Shown in pieces: positions 44,301-60,000 of a DNA stretch of 64,000 nucleotides. The notes under the pieces are model-generated. The model was not told the origin of the DNA and did no database searches. It saw only the letters and a program-made list of their open reading frames with translations. Source of the DNA: Azolla caroliniana (lineage: Eukaryota; Plantae; Polypodiophyta); contig JBHGNT010000132.1 in NCBI GenBank assembly GCA_043228905.1, positions 1 to 64,000 of the forward strand. Direction: 5' to 3'. Each line of letters opens with the position of its first letter. The stretch's first letter is position 1. A program made the position numbers and the translations under genes.

Positions 44301-45090
44301 CTTCTCAACTCACTCCTCAAATTTGGTAATTTCGTCATGTCTGTCGACCTGAGTTTCAAAATCTTGATTTTTTAATTCCATATCATAACTAGCGTTGTTA
44401 GCTTCGATTCGCAAGTTTGAACACAAAAATCCGATATCACACGAGCCAGGTATGAACATTTTCGTTTACCCACTAGCTGCTCTCAACTCACTCCTCAAAT
44501 TTGGTAATTTCGTCATGTCTGTCGACCTGAGTTTCAAAATCTTGATTTTTTAATTCCATATCATAGCTAGCGTTGTTAGCTTCGATTCGCATATTTGAAC
44601 ACAAAAATCCGATATGACACGAGCTAGGTATGAATATTTTCGTTTACCCACTAGCTCGTCTTAACTCACTCCTCAAATTTGGTAATTTCATCATGTCTCT
44701 CGACCTGAGTTTAAAAATCTTGATTTTTTAATTCCATATCATAGCTAGCGTTGTTAGCTTCGATTCGCATGTTTGAACACAAAAATCCGATATGACACGA
44801 GCCAGGTATGAACATTTTGATTTACTCAAGGGCTCCTCTCAACTCACTCCTCAAATTTGGTAATTTCTTCATGTCTGTCGACCTGAGTTTCAAAATCTTG
44901 ATTTTTTAATTCCATATCATAGCTAGCGTTGTTAGCTTCGATTCGCATGTTTGAACACAAAAATCCGATATCACACGAGCCAGGTATGAACATTTTCATT
45001 TACTCAAGGGCTCCTCTCCACTACTTCCTCAAGTTTGCTAATTTCGTCATGTCTCTCGACCTGAGTTTCAAAATCTTGATTTTTTAATTC
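38380..45090 (+). repeat. 23-monomer periodicity (4094 bp, about 1.6 copies)
   Basis: ctcaaggggtcc at 39841 and 43935; cttgagtttttaa also recurs 4094 bp apart. Confidence 0.85.
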
Positions 45091-48000
45091 CATATCATAG
45101 GTAGTGTTGTTAGCTTCGATTTGCATGTTTGAACACAAAAATCCGATATGACACGAGCCAGGTATGAACATTTTAATTTACTCAAGGGCTCCTCTCAACT
45201 CACTCCTCAAATATGGTAATTTCGTCCTGTCTGTCGACCTGAGTTTTAAAATCTTGATTTTTTAATTCCATATCATAGCTAGCGTTGTTAGCTTCGATTC
45301 GCATGTTTGAACACAGAAATCGGATATTACACGAGCCAGGTATGAACATTTTAATTTACCTCCTAGCTCTTCTTAACTCACTCCTCAAATTTGGTAATTT
45401 CGTCATGTCTCTCGACTTGAGTTTCAAAATCTTGATTTTTTAATTCCCCATCATAGCTAGCGTTGTTAGCTTCGATTCGCATGTTTGAAAACAAAAATAC
45501 GATATGACACGAGTGAGGTATGAATATTTTAATTTACTCAAGGGCTCCTCTCAACTCACTCCTCAAATTTGGTAATTTCGTCATGTCTGTCAACCTTAGT
45601 TTCAAAATCTTGATTTTTTAATTCCATATCATAACTAGCATTGGTAGCTTCGATTCGCATGTTTGAACACAAAAATCCGATATGACACGAGCCAGGTATG
45701 AACATTTTGATTTACTCAAGGGCTCCTCTCAACTCACTCCTCAAATTTGGTAATTTCGTCATGTCTCTCGACCTGAGTTTCAAAATCTTGATTTTCTAAT
45801 TCCATATCATAGCTAGCGTTGTTAGCTTCGATTCGCATGTTTGAACACAAAACTCCGAAATGACACGAACCAGGTATGAACATTTTAATTTACTCAAGGG
45901 CTCCTCTCAACTCACTCCTCAAATTTGGTAATTTCCTCATGTCTGTCGACTTGAGTTTCAAAATCTTGATTTTTTAATTCCATATCATAGCTAGCATTGT
46001 TAGCTTCGATTCGCATGTTTGAACACAAAAATCCGATATCACACGAGCCAGGTATGAACTATTTAATTTACCTCCTAGCTCTTCTCAACTCACTACTCAA
46101 ATTTGGAAATTTCGTCATGTCTCTCGACCTGAGTTTTAAAAATCTTGATTTTTTAATTCCATATAATAGCTAGCGCTGTTAGCTTCGATTCGCATGTTTG
46201 AACACAAAACTCCGATATGACACGAGCCAGGTATGAACATTTTAATTTACTCAAGGGCTCCTCTCAACTCACTACTCAAATTTGGTAATTTCGTCATGTC
46301 TGTCGACCTGAGTTTCAAAATCTTGATTTTTTAATTCCATATCATAGCTAGCGTCTTTAGCTTCGATTCGCATGTTTGAACACAAAACTCCGATATCACA
46401 CGAGCCAGGTATGAACATTTTCATTTATTCAAGGGCTCTTCTCAACTCACTCCTCAAATTTGGAAATTTCGTCATGTCTCTCGACCTGAGTTTCAAAATC
46501 TTGAGTTTTTAATTCCCCATCATAGGTAGCGTTGTTAGCTTCGATTCGCATGATTGAAAACAAAAATATGATATGACACGAGTCAGGTATGAATATTTTA
46601 ATTTACTCAAGGGCTCCTCTCAACTCATTCCTCAAATTTGGTAATTTCGTCATGTCTGTCAACCTGAGTTTCAAAATCTTGATTTTTTAATTCCATATCA
46701 TAACTAGCGTTGTTAGCTTCGATTCGCATGTTTGAACACAAAAATCCGATATGACACGAGCCAGGTATGAACATTTTGATTTACTCAAGGGCTCCTCTCA
46801 ACTCACCCCTCAAATTTGGTAAGTTCGTCATGTCTCTCGACCTGAGTTTCAAAATCTTGATTTTTTAATTCCATATCATAGCTAGCGTTGTTATCTTCGA
46901 TTCGCATGTTTGAACACAAAACTCCGATATGACACGAGCCAGGTATGAACATTTTAATTTACTCAAGGGCTCCTCTCAACTCACTCCTCAAATATGGTAA
47001 TTTCGTCGTGTCTGTCGACCTGAGTTTCAAAATCTTGATTTTTTAATTCCATATCATAGCTAGCGTTGTTAGCTTCGATTCGCATGTTTGAACACAGAAA
47101 TCGGATATCACACGAGCCAGGTATGAACATTTTAATTTACCTCCTAGCTCTTCTTAACTCACTCCTCAAATTTGGTAATTTCGTCATGTCTCTCGACTTG
47201 AGTTTCAAAATCTTGATTTTTTAATTCCCCATCATAGCTAGCGTTGTTAGCTTCGATTCGCATGTTTGAAAACAAAAATACGATATGACACGAGTCAGGT
47301 ATGAATATTTTAATTTACTCAAGGGCTCCTCTCAACTCACTCCTCAAATTTGGTAATTTCGTCATGTCTGTCAACCTTAGTTTCAAAATCTTGATTTTTT
47401 AATTCCATATCATAACTAGCATTGGTAGCTTCGATTCGCATGTTTGAACACAAAAATCCGATATGACACGAGCCAGGTATGAACATTTTGATTTACTCAA
47501 GGGCTCCTCTCAACTCACTCCTCAAATTTGGTAATTTCGTCATGTCTCTCGACCTGAGTTTCAAAATCTTGATTTTCTAATTCCATATCATAGCTAGCGT
47601 TGTTAGCTTCGATTCGCATGTTTGAACACAAAACTCCGAAATGACACAAACCAGGTATGAACATTTTAATTTACTCAAGGGCTCCTCTCAACTCACTCCT
47701 CAAATTTGGTAATTTCGTCATGTCTGTCGACTTGAGTTTCAAAATCTTGATTTTTTAATTCCATATCATAGCTAGCGTTGTTAGCTTCGATTCGCATGTT
47801 TGAAAACAAAAATACGATATGACACGAGTGAGGTATGAATATTTTAATTTACTCAAGGGCTCCTCTCAACTCACTCCTCAAATTTGGTAATTTCGTCATG
47901 TCTGTCAACCTTAGTTTCAAAATCTTGATTTTTTAATTCCATATCATAACTAGCATTGGTAGCTTCGATTCGCATGTTTGAACACAAAAATCCGATATGA

Positions 48001-51000
48001 CACGAGCCAGGTATGAACATTTTGATTTACTCAAGGGCTCCTCTCAACTCACTCCTCAAATTTGGTAATTTCGTCATGTCTCTCGACCTGAGTTTCAAAA
48101 TCTTGATTTTCTAATTCCATATCATAGCTAGCGTTGTTAGCTTCGATTCGCATGTTTGAACACAAAACTCCGAAATGACACGAACCAGGTATGAACATTT
48201 TAATTTACTCAAGGGCTCCTCTCAACTCACTCCTCAAATTTGGTAATTTCCTCATGTCTGTCGACTTGAGTTTCAAAATCTTGATTTTTTAATTCCATAT
48301 CATAGCTAGCATTGTTAGCTTCGATTCGCATGTTTGAACACAAAAATCCGATATCACACGAGCCAGGTATGAACTATTTAATTTACCTCCTAGCTCTTCT
48401 CAACTCACTACTCAAATTTGGAAATTTCGTCATGTCTCTCGACCTGAGTTTTAAAAATCTTGATTTTTTAATTCCATATAATAGCTAGCGCTGTTAGCTT
48501 CGATTCGCATGTTTGAACACAAAACTCCGATATGACACGAGCCAGGTATGAACATTTTAATTTACTCAAGGGCTCCTCTCAACTCACTACTCAAATTTGG
48601 TAATTTCGTCATGTCTGTCGACCTGAGTTTCAAAATCTTGATTTTTTAATTCCATATCATAGCTAGCGTCTTTAGCTTCGATTCGCATGTTTGAACACAA
48701 AACTCCGATATCACACGAGCCAGGTATGAACATTTTCATTTATTCAAGGGCTCTTCTCAACTCACTCCTCAAATTTGGAAATTTCGTCATGTCTCTCGAC
48801 CTGAGTTTCAAAATCTTGAGTTTTTAATTCCCCATCATAGGTAGCGTTGTTAGCTTCGATTCGCATGATTGAAAACAAAAATATGATATGACACGAGTCA
48901 GGTATGAATATTTTAATTTACTCAAGGGCTCCTCTCAACTCATTCCTCAAATTTGGTAATTTCGTCATGTCTGTCAACCTGAGTTTCAAAATCTTGATTT
49001 TTTAATTCCATATCATAACTAGCGTTGTTAGCTTCGATTCGCATGTTTGAACACAAAAATCCGATATGACACGAGCCAGGTATGAACATTTTGATTTACT
49101 CAAGGGCTCCTCTCAACTCACCCCTCAAATTTGGTAAGTTCGTCATGTCTCTCGACCTGAGTTTCAAAATCTTGATTTTTTAATTCCATATCATAGCTAG
49201 CGTTGTTATCTTCGATTCGCATGTTTGAACACAAAACTCCGATATGACACGAGCCAGGTATGAACATTTTAATTTACTCAAGGGCTCCTCTCAACTCACT
49301 CCTCAAATATGGTAATTTCGTCGTGTCTGTCGACCTGAGTTTCAAAATCTTGATTTTTTAATTCCATATCATAGCTAGCGTTGTTAGCTTCGATTCGCAT
49401 GTTTGAACACAGAAATCGGATATCACACGAGCCAGGTATGAACATTTTAATTTACCTCCTAGCTCTTCTTAACTCACTCCTCAAATTTGGTAATTTCGTC
49501 ATGTCTCTCGACTTGAGTTTCAAAATCTTGATTTTTTAATTCCCCATCATAGCTAGCGTTGTTAGCTTCGATTCGCATGTTTGAAAACAAAAATACGATA
49601 TGACACGAGTCAGGTATGAATATTTTAATTTACCTCCTACCTCTTCTTAACTCACTCCTCAAATTTGGTAATTTCGTCATGTCTCTCGACTTGAGTTTCA
49701 AAATCTTGATTTTTTAATTCCCCATCATAGCTAGCGTTGTTAGCTTCGATTCGCATGTTTGAAAACAAAAATACGATATGACACGAGTCAGGTATGAATA
49801 TTTTAATTTACTCAAGGGCTCCTCTCAACTCACTCCTCAAATTTGGTAATTTCGTCATGTCTGTCAACCTGAGTTTCAAAATCTTGATTTTTTAATTCCA
49901 TATCATAACTAGCATTGTTAGCTTCGATTCGCATGTTTGAACACAAAAATCCGATATGACACGAGCCAGGTATGAACATTTTGATTTACTCAAGGGCTCC
50001 TCTCAACTCACTCCTCAAATTTGGTAATTTCGTCATGTCTCTCGACCTGAGTTTCAAAATCTTGATTTTCTAATTCCATATCATAGCTAGCGTTGTTAGC
50101 TTCGATTCGCATGTTTGAACACAAAACTCCGAAATGACACGAACCAGGTATGAACATTTTAATTTACTCAAGGGCTCCTCTCAACTCACTCCTCAAATTT
50201 GGTAATTTCGTCATGTCTCTCGACCTGAGTTTCAAAATCTTGAGTTTTTAATTCCATATCATAGCTAGCATTGTTAGCTTCGATTCGCATGTTTGAACAC
50301 AAAAATCCGATATCACACGAGCCAGGTATGAACTATTTAATTTACCTCCTAGCTCTTCTCAACTCACTCCTCAAATTTGGAAATTTCGTCATGTCTCTCG
50401 ACCTGAGTTTCAAAATCTTGATTTTTTAATTCCATATCATAGCTAGCGTTGTTAGCTTCGATTCGCATGTTTGAACACAAAACTCCGATATGACACGAGC
50501 CAGGTATGAACATTTCGATTTACTCAAGGGGTCCTCTCAACTCACTCCTCAAATTTGGTAATTTCGTCATGTCTGTCGACCTGAGTTTCAAAATCTTGAT
50601 TTTTTAATTCCATATAATAGCTAGCGTTGTTATCTTCGATTCGCATGTTTGAACACAAAAATCCGATATGACACGAGCCAGGTATGAACATTTTAATTTA
50701 CTCAAGGGCTCCTCTCAACTCACTACTCAAATTTGGTAATTTCGTCATGTCTGTCGACCTGAGTTTCAAAATCTTGATTTTTTAATTCCATATCATAGCT
50801 AGCGTTGTTAGCTTCGATTCGCATGTTTGAACACAAAACTCCGATATCACACGAGCCAGGTATGAACATTTTCATTTACTCAAGGGCTCTTCTCAACTCA
50901 CTCCTCAAATTTGGTAATTTCGTCATGTCTGTCGACCTGAGTTTCAAAATCTTGATTTTTTAATTCCATATCATAACTAGCGTTGTTAGCTTCGATTCGC

Positions 51001-54000
51001 AAGTTTGAACACAAAAATCCGATATCACACGAGCCAGGTATGAACATTTTCGTTTACCCACTAGCTGCTCTCAACTCACTCCTCAAATTTGGTAATTTCG
51101 TCATGTCTGTCGACCTGAGTTTCAAAATCTTGATTTTTTAATTCCATATCATAGCTAGCGTTGTTAGTTTCGATTCGCATATTTGAACACAAAAATCCGA
51201 TATGACACGAGCTAGGTATGAATATTTTCGTTTACCCACTAGCTCGTCTTAACTCACTCCTCAAATTTGGTAATTTCATCATGTCTCTCGACCTGAGTTT
51301 CAAAATCTTGATTTTTTAATTCCATATCATAGCTAGCGTTGTTAGCTTCGATTCGCATGTTTGAACACAAAAATCCGATATGACACGAGCCAGGTATGAA
51401 CATTTTGATTTACTCAAGGGCTCCTCTCAACTCACTCCTCAAATTTGGTAATTTCTTCATGTCTGTCGACCTGAGTTTCAAAATCTTGATTTTTTAATTC
51501 CATATCATAGCTAGCGTTGTTAGCTTCGATTCGCATGTTTGAACACAAAAATCCGATATCACACGAGCCAGGTATGAACATTTTCATTTACTCAAGGGCT
51601 CCTCTCCACTACTTCCTCAAGTTTGCTAATTTCGTCATGTCTCTCGACCTGAGTTTCAAAATCTTGATTTTTTAATTCCATATCATAGCTAGCGTTGTTA
51701 GCTTCGATTCGCATGTTTGAACACAAAACTCCGAAATGACACGAACCAGGTATGAACATTTTAATTTACTCAAGGGCTCCTCTCAACTCACTCCTCAAAT
51801 TTGGTAATTTCGTCATGTCTGTCGACTTGAGTTTCAAAATCTTGATTTTTTAATTCCATATCATAGCTAGCATTGTTAGCTTCGATTCGCATGTTTGAAC
51901 ACAAAAATCCGATATCACACGAGCCAGGTATGAACTATTTAATTTACCTCCTAGCTCTTCTCAACTCACTCCTCAAATTTGGAAATTTCGTCATGTCTCT
52001 CGACCTGAGTTTCAAAATCTTGATTTTTTAATTCCATATCATAGCTAGCGTTGTTAGCTTCGATTCGCATGTTTGAACACAAAACTCCGATATGACACGA
52101 GCCAGGTATGAACATTTCGATTTACTCAAGGGCTCCTCTCAACTCACTCCTCAAATTTGGTAATTTCGTCATGTCTGTCGACCTGAGTTTCAAAATCTTG
52201 ATTTTTTAATTCCATATAATAGCTAGCGTTGTTATCTTCGATTCGCATGTTTGAACAAAAAACTCCGATATGACACGAGCCAGGTATGAACATTTTAATT
52301 TACTCAAGGGCTCCTCTCAACTCACTACTCAAATTTGGTAATTTCGTCATGTCTGTCGACCTGAGTTTCAAAATCTTGATTTTTTAATTCCATAACATAG
52401 CTAGCGTTGTTAGCTTCGATTCGCATGTTTGAACACAAAACTCCGATATCACACGAGCCAGGTATGAACATTTTCATTTACTCAAGGGCTCTTCTCAACT
52501 CACTCCTCAAATTTGGTAATTTCGTCATGTCTGTCGACCTGAGTTTCAAAATCTTGATTTTTTAATTCCATATCATAACTAGCGTTGTTAGCTTCGATTC
52601 GCAAGTTTGAACACAAAAATCCGATATCACACGAGCTAGGTATGAACATTTTCGTTTACCCACTAGCTGCTCTCAACTCACTCCTCAAATTTGGTAATTT
52701 CGTCATGTCTGTCGACCTGAGTTTCAAAATCTTGATTTTTTAATTCCATATCATAGCTAGCGTTGTTAGCTTCGATTCGCATATTTGAACACAAAAATCC
52801 GATATGACACGAGCTAGGTATGAATATTTTCGTTTACCCACTAGCTCGTCTTAACTCACTCCTCAAATTTGGTAATTTCGTCATGTCTCTCGACCTGAGT
52901 TTCAAAATCTTGATTTTTTAATTCCATATCATAGCTAGCGTTGTTAGCTTCGATTCGCATGTTTGAACACAAAAATCCGATATGACACGAGCCAGGTATG
53001 AACATTTTGATTTACTCAAGGGCTCCTCTCAACTCACTCCTCAAATTTGGTAATTTCTTCATGTCTGTCGACCTGAGTTTCAAAATCTTGATTTTTTAAT
53101 TCCATATCATAGCTAGCGTTGTTAGCTTCGATTCGCATGTTTGAACACAAAAATCCGATATCACACGAGCCAGGTATGAACATTTTCATTTACTCAAGGG
53201 CTCCTCTCCACTACTTCCTCAAGTTTGCTAATTTCGTCATGTCTCTCGACCTGAGTTTCAAAATCTTGATTTTTTAATTCCATATCATAGGTAGTGTTGT
53301 TAGCTTCGATTTGCATGTTTGAACACAAAAATCCGATATGACACGAGCCAGGTATGAACATTTTAATTTACTCAAGGGCTCCTCTCAACTCACTCCTCAA
53401 ATATGGTAATTTCGTCGTGTCTGTCGACCTGAGTTTTAAAATCTTGATTTTTAAATTCCATATCATAGCTAGCGTTGTTAGCTTCGATTCGCATGTTTGA
53501 ACACAGAAATCGGATATCACACGAGCCAGGTATGAACATTTTAATTTACCTCCTAGCTCTTCTTAACTCACTCCTCAAATTTGGTAATTTCGTCATGTCT
53601 CTCGACTTGAGTTTCAAAATCTTGATTTTTTAATTCCCCATCATAGCTAGCGTTGTTAGCTTCGATTCGCATGTTTGAAAACAAAAATACGATATGACAC
53701 GAGTCAGGTATGAATATTTTAATTTACCTCCTAGCTCTTCTTAACTCACTCCTCAAATTTGGTAATTTCGTCATGTCTCTCGACTTGAGTTTCAAAATCT
53801 TGATTTTTTAATTCCCCATCATAGCTAGCGTTGTTAGCTTCGATTCGCATGTTTGAAAACAAAAATACGATATGACACGAGTCAGGTATGAATATTTTAA
53901 TTTACTCAAGGGCTCCTCTCAACTCACTCCTCAAATTTGGTAATTTCGTCATGTCTGTCAACCTGAGTTTCAAAATCTTGATTTTTTAATTCCATATCAT

Positions 54001-57000
54001 AACTAGCATTGTTAGCTTCGATTCGCATGTTTGAACACAAAAATCCGATATGACACGAGCCAGGTATGAACATTTTGATTTACTCAAGGGCTCCTCTCAA
54101 CTCACTCCTCAAATTTGGTAATTTCGTCATGTCTCTCGACCTGAGTTTCAAAATCTTGATTTTCTAATTCCATATCATAGCTAGCGTTGTTAGCTTCGAT
54201 TCGCATGTTTGAACACAAAACTCCGAAATGACACGAACCAGGTATGAACATTTTAATTTACTCAAGGGCTCCTCTCAACTCACTCCTCAAATTTGGTAAT
54301 TTCGTCATGTCTCTCGACCTGAGTTTCAAAATCTTGAGTTTTTAATTCCATATCATAGCTAGCATTGTTAGCTTCGATTCGCATGTTTGAACACAAAAAT
54401 CCGATATCACACGAGCCAGGTATGAACTATTTAATTTACCTCCTAGCTCTTCTCAACTCACTCCTCAAATTTGGAAATTTCGTCATGTCTCTCGACCTGA
54501 GTTTCAAAATCTTGATTTTTTAATTCCATATCATAGCTAGCGTTGTTAGCTTCGATTCGCATGTTTGAACACAAAACTCCGATATGACACGAGCCAGGTA
54601 TGAACATTTCGATTTACTCAAGGGGTCCTCTCAACTCACTCCTCAAATTTGGTAATTTCGTCATGTCTGTCGACCTGAGTTTCAAAATCTTGATTTTTTA
54701 ATTCCATATAATAGCTAGCGTTGTTATCTTCGATTCGCATGTTTGAACACAAAACTCCGATATGACACGAGCCAGGTATGAACATTTTAATTTACTCAAG
54801 GGCTCCTCTCAACTCACTACTCAAATTTGGTAATTTCGTCATGTCTGTCGACCTGAGTTTCAAAATCTTGATTTTTTAATTCCATATCATAGCTAGCGTT
54901 GTTAGCTTCGATTCGCATGTTTGAACACAAAACTCCGATATCACACGAGCCAGGTATGAACATTTTCATTTACTCAAGGGCTCTTCTCAACTCACTCCTC
55001 AAATTTGGTAATTTCGTCATGTCTGTCGACCTGAGTTTCAAAATCTTGATTTTTTAATTCCATATCATAACTAGCGTTGTTAGCTTCGATTCGCAAGTTT
55101 GAACACAAAAATCCGATATCACACGAGCCAGGTATGAACATTTTCGTTTACCCACTAGCTGCTCTCAACTCACTCCTCAAATTTGGTAATTTCGTCATGT
55201 CTGTCGACCTGAGTTTCAAAATCTTGATTTTTTAATTCCATATCATAGCTAGCGTTGTTAGCTTCGATTCGCATATTTGAACACAAAAATCCGATATGAC
55301 ACGAGCTAGGTATGAATATTTTCGTTTACCCACTAGCTCGTCTTAACTCACTCCTCAAATTTGGTAATTTCATCATGTCTCTCGACCTGAGTTTAAAAAT
55401 CTTGATTTTTTAATTCCATATCATAGCTAGCGTTGTTAGCTTCGATTCGCATGTTTGAACACAAAAATCCGATATGACACGAGCCAGGTATGAACATTTT
55501 GATTTACTCAAGGGCTCCTCTCAACTCACTCCTCAAATTTGGTAATTTCTTCATGTCTGTCGACCTGAGTTTCAAAATCTTGATTTTTTAATTCCATATC
55601 ATAGCTAGCGTTGTTAGCTTCGATTCGCATGTTTGAACACAAAAATCCGATATCACACGAGCCAGGTATGAACATTTTCATTTACTCAAGGGCTCCTCTC
55701 CACTACTTCCTCAAGTTTGCTAATTTCGTCATGTCTCTCGACCTGAGTTTCAAAATCTTGATTTTTTAATTCCATATCATAGGTAGTGTTGTTAGCTTCG
55801 ATTTGCATGTTTGAACACAAAAATCCGATATGACACGAGCCAGGTATGAACATTTTAATTTACTCAAGGGCTCCTCTCAACTCACTCCTCAAATATGGTA
55901 ATTTCGTCCTGTCTGTCGACCTGAGTTTTAAAATCTTGATTTTTTAATTCCATATCATAGCTAGCGTTGTTAGCTTCGATTCGCATGTTTGAACACAGAA
56001 ATCGGATATTACACGAGCCAGGTATGAACATTTTAATTTACCTCCTAGCTCTTCTTAACTCACTCCTCAAATTTGGTAATTTCGTCATGTCTCTCGACTT
56101 GAGTTTCAAAATCTTGATTTTTTAATTCCCCATCATAGCTAGCGTTGTTAGCTTCGATTCGCATGTTTGAAAACAAAAATACGATATGACACGAGTGAGG
56201 TATGAATATTTTAATTTACTCAAGGGCTCCTCTCAACTCACTCCTCAAATTTGGTAATTTCGTCATGTCTGTCAACCTTAGTTTCAAAATCTTGATTTTT
56301 TAATTCCATATCATAACTAGCATTGGTAGCTTCGATTCGCATGTTTGAACACAAAAATCCGATATGACACGAGCCAGGTATGAACATTTTGATTTACTCA
56401 AGGGCTCCTCTCAACTCACTCCTCAAATTTGGTAATTTCGTCATGTCTCTCGACCTAAGTTTCAAAATCTTGATTTTCTAATTCCATATCATAGCTAGCG
56501 TTGTTAGCTTCGATTCGCATGTTTGAACACAAAACTCCGAAATGACACGAACCAGGTATGAACATTTTAATTTACTCAAGGGCTCCTCTCAACTCACTCC
56601 TCAAATTTGGTAATTTCCTCATGTCTGTCGACTTGAGTTTCAAAATCTTGATTTTTTAATTCCATATCATAGCTAGCATTGTTAGCTTCGATTCGCATGT
56701 TTGAACACAAAAATCCGATATCACACGAGCCAGGTATGAACTATTTAATTTACCTCCTAGCTCTTCTCAACTCACTACTCAAATTTGGAAATTTCGTCAT
56801 GTCTCTCGACCTGAGTTTTAAAAATCTTGATTTTTTAATTCCATATAATAGCTAGCGCTGTTAGCTTCGATTCGCATGTTTGAACACAAAACTCCGATAT
56901 GACACGAGCCAGGTATGAACATTTTAATTTACTCAAGGGCTCCTCTCAACTCACTACTCAAATTTGGTAATTTCGTCATGTCTGTCGACCTGAGTTTCAA

Positions 57001-60000
57001 AATCTTGATTTTTTAATTCCATATCATAGCTAGCGTCTTTAGCTTCGATTCGCATGTTTGAACACAAAACTCCGATATCACACGAGCCAGGTATGAACAT
57101 TTTCATTTATTCAAGGGCTCTTCTCAACTCACTCCTCAAATTTGGAAATTTCGTCATGTCTCTCGACCTGAGTTTCAAAATCTTGAGTTTTTAATTCCCC
57201 ATCATAGGTAGCGTTGTTAGCTTCGATTCGCATGATTGAAAACAAAAATATGATATGACACGAGTCAGGTATGAATATTTTAATTTACTCAAGGGCTCCT
57301 CTCAACTCATTCCTCAAATTTGGTAATTTCGTCATGTCTGTCAACCTGAGTTTCAAAATCTTGATTTTTTAATTCCATATCATAACTAGCGTTGTTAGCT
57401 TCGATTCGCATGTTTGAACACAAAAATCCGATATGACACGAGCCAGGTATGAACATTTTGATTTACTCAAGGGCTCCTCTCAACTCACCCCTCAAATTTG
57501 GTAAGTTCGTCATGTCTCTCGACCTGAGTTTCAAAATCTTGATTTTTTAATTCCATATCATAGCTAGCGTTGTTATCTTCGATTCGCATGTTTGAACACA
57601 AAACTCCGATATGACACGAGCCAGGTATGAACATTTTAATTTACTCAAGGGCTCCTCTCAACTCACTCCTCAAATATGGTAATTTCGTCGTGTCTGTCGA
57701 CCTGAGTTTCAAAATCTTGATTTTTTAATTCCATATCATAGCTAGCGTTGTTAGCTTCGATTCGCATGTTTGAACACAGAAATCGGATATCACACGAGCC
57801 AGGTATGAACATTTTAATTTACCTCCTAGCTCTTCTTAACTCACTCCTCAAATTTGGTAATTTCGTCATGTCTCTCGACTTGAGTTTCAAAATCTTGATT
57901 TTTTAATTCCCCATCATAGCTAGCGTTGTTAGCTTCGATTCGCATGTTTGAAAACAAAAATACGATATGACACGAGTCAGGTATGAATATTTTAATTTAC
58001 TCAAGGGCTCCTCTCAACTCACTCCTCAAATTTGGTAATTTCGTCATGTCTGTCAACCTTAGTTTCAAAATCTTGATTTTTTAATTCCATATCATAACTA
58101 GCATTGGTAGCTTCGATTCGCATGTTTGAACACAAAAATCCGATATGACACGAGCCAGGTATGAACATTTTGATTTACTCAAGGGCTCCTCTCAACTCAC
58201 TCCTCAAATTTGGTAATTTCGTCATGTCTCTCGACCTGAGTTTCAAAATCTTGATTTTCTAATTCCATATCATAGCTAGCGTTGTTAGCTTCGATTCGCA
58301 TGTTTGAACACAAAACTCCGAAATGACACAAACCAGGTATGAACATTTTAATTTACTCAAGGGCTCCTCTCAACTCACTCCTCAAATTTGGTAATTTCGT
58401 CATGTCTGTCGACTTGAGTTTCAAAATCTTGATTTTTTAATTCCATATCATAGCTAGCGTTGTTAGCTTCGATTCGCATGTTTGAAAACAAAAATACGAT
58501 ATGACACGAGTGAGGTATGAATATTTTAATTTACTCAAGGGCTCCTCTCAACTCACTCCTCAAATTTGGTAATTTCGTCATGTCTGTCAACCTTAGTTTC
58601 AAAATCTTGATTTTTTAATTCCATATCATAACTAGCATTGGTAGCTTCGATTCGCATGTTTGAACACAAAAATCCGATATGACACGAGCCAGGTATGAAC
58701 ATTTTGATTTACTCAAGGGCTCCTCTCAACTCACTCCTCAAATTTGGTAATTTCGTCATGTCTCTCGACCTGAGTTTCAAAATCTTGATTTTCTAATTCC
58801 ATATCATAGCTAGCGTTGTTAGCTTCGATTCGCATGTTTGAACACAAAACTCCGAAATGACACGAACCAGGTATGAACATTTTAATTTACTCAAGGGCTC
58901 CTCTCAACTCACTCCTCAAATTTGGTAATTTCCTCATGTCTGTCGACTTGAGTTTCAAAATCTTGATTTTTTAATTCCATATCATAGCTAGCATTGTTAG
59001 CTTCGATTCGCATGTTTGAACACAAAAATCCGATATCACACGAGCCAGGTATGAACTATTTAATTTACCTCCTAGCTCTTCTCAACTCACTACTCAAATT
59101 TGGAAATTTCGTCATGTCTCTCGACCTGAGTTTTAAAAATCTTGATTTTTTAATTCCATATAATAGCTAGCGCTGTTAGCTTCGATTCGCATGTTTGAAC
59201 ACAAAACTCCGATATGACACGAGCCAGGTATGAACATTTTAATTTACTCAAGGGCTCCTCTCAACTCACTACTCAAATTTGGTAATTTCGTCATGTCTGT
59301 CGACCTGAGTTTCAAAATCTTGATTTTTTAATTCCATATCATAGCTAGCGTCTTTAGCTTCGATTCGCATGTTTGAACACAAAACTCCGATATCACACGA
59401 GCCAGGTATGAACATTTTCATTTATTCAAGGGCTCTTCTCAACTCACTCCTCAAATTTGGAAATTTCGTCATGTCTCTCGACCTGAGTTTCAAAATCTTG
59501 AGTTTTTAATTCCCCATCATAGGTAGCGTTGTTAGCTTCGATTCGCATGATTGAAAACAAAAATATGATATGACACGAGTCAGGTATGAATATTTTAATT
59601 TACTCAAGGGCTCCTCTCAACTCATTCCTCAAATTTGGTAATTTCGTCATGTCTGTCAACCTGAGTTTCAAAATCTTGATTTTTTAATTCCATATCATAA
59701 CTAGCGTTGTTAGCTTCGATTCGCATGTTTGAACACAAAAATCCGATATGACACGAGCCAGGTATGAACATTTTGATTTACTCAAGGGCTCCTCTCAACT
59801 CACCCCTCAAATTTGGTAAGTTCGTCATGTCTCTCGACCTGAGTTTCAAAATCTTGATTTTTTAATTCCATATCATAGCTAGCGTTGTTATCTTCGATTC
59901 GCATGTTTGAACACAAAACTCCGATATGACACGAGCCAGGTATGAACATTTTAATTTACTCAAGGGCTCCTCTCAACTCACTCCTCAAATATGGTAATTT

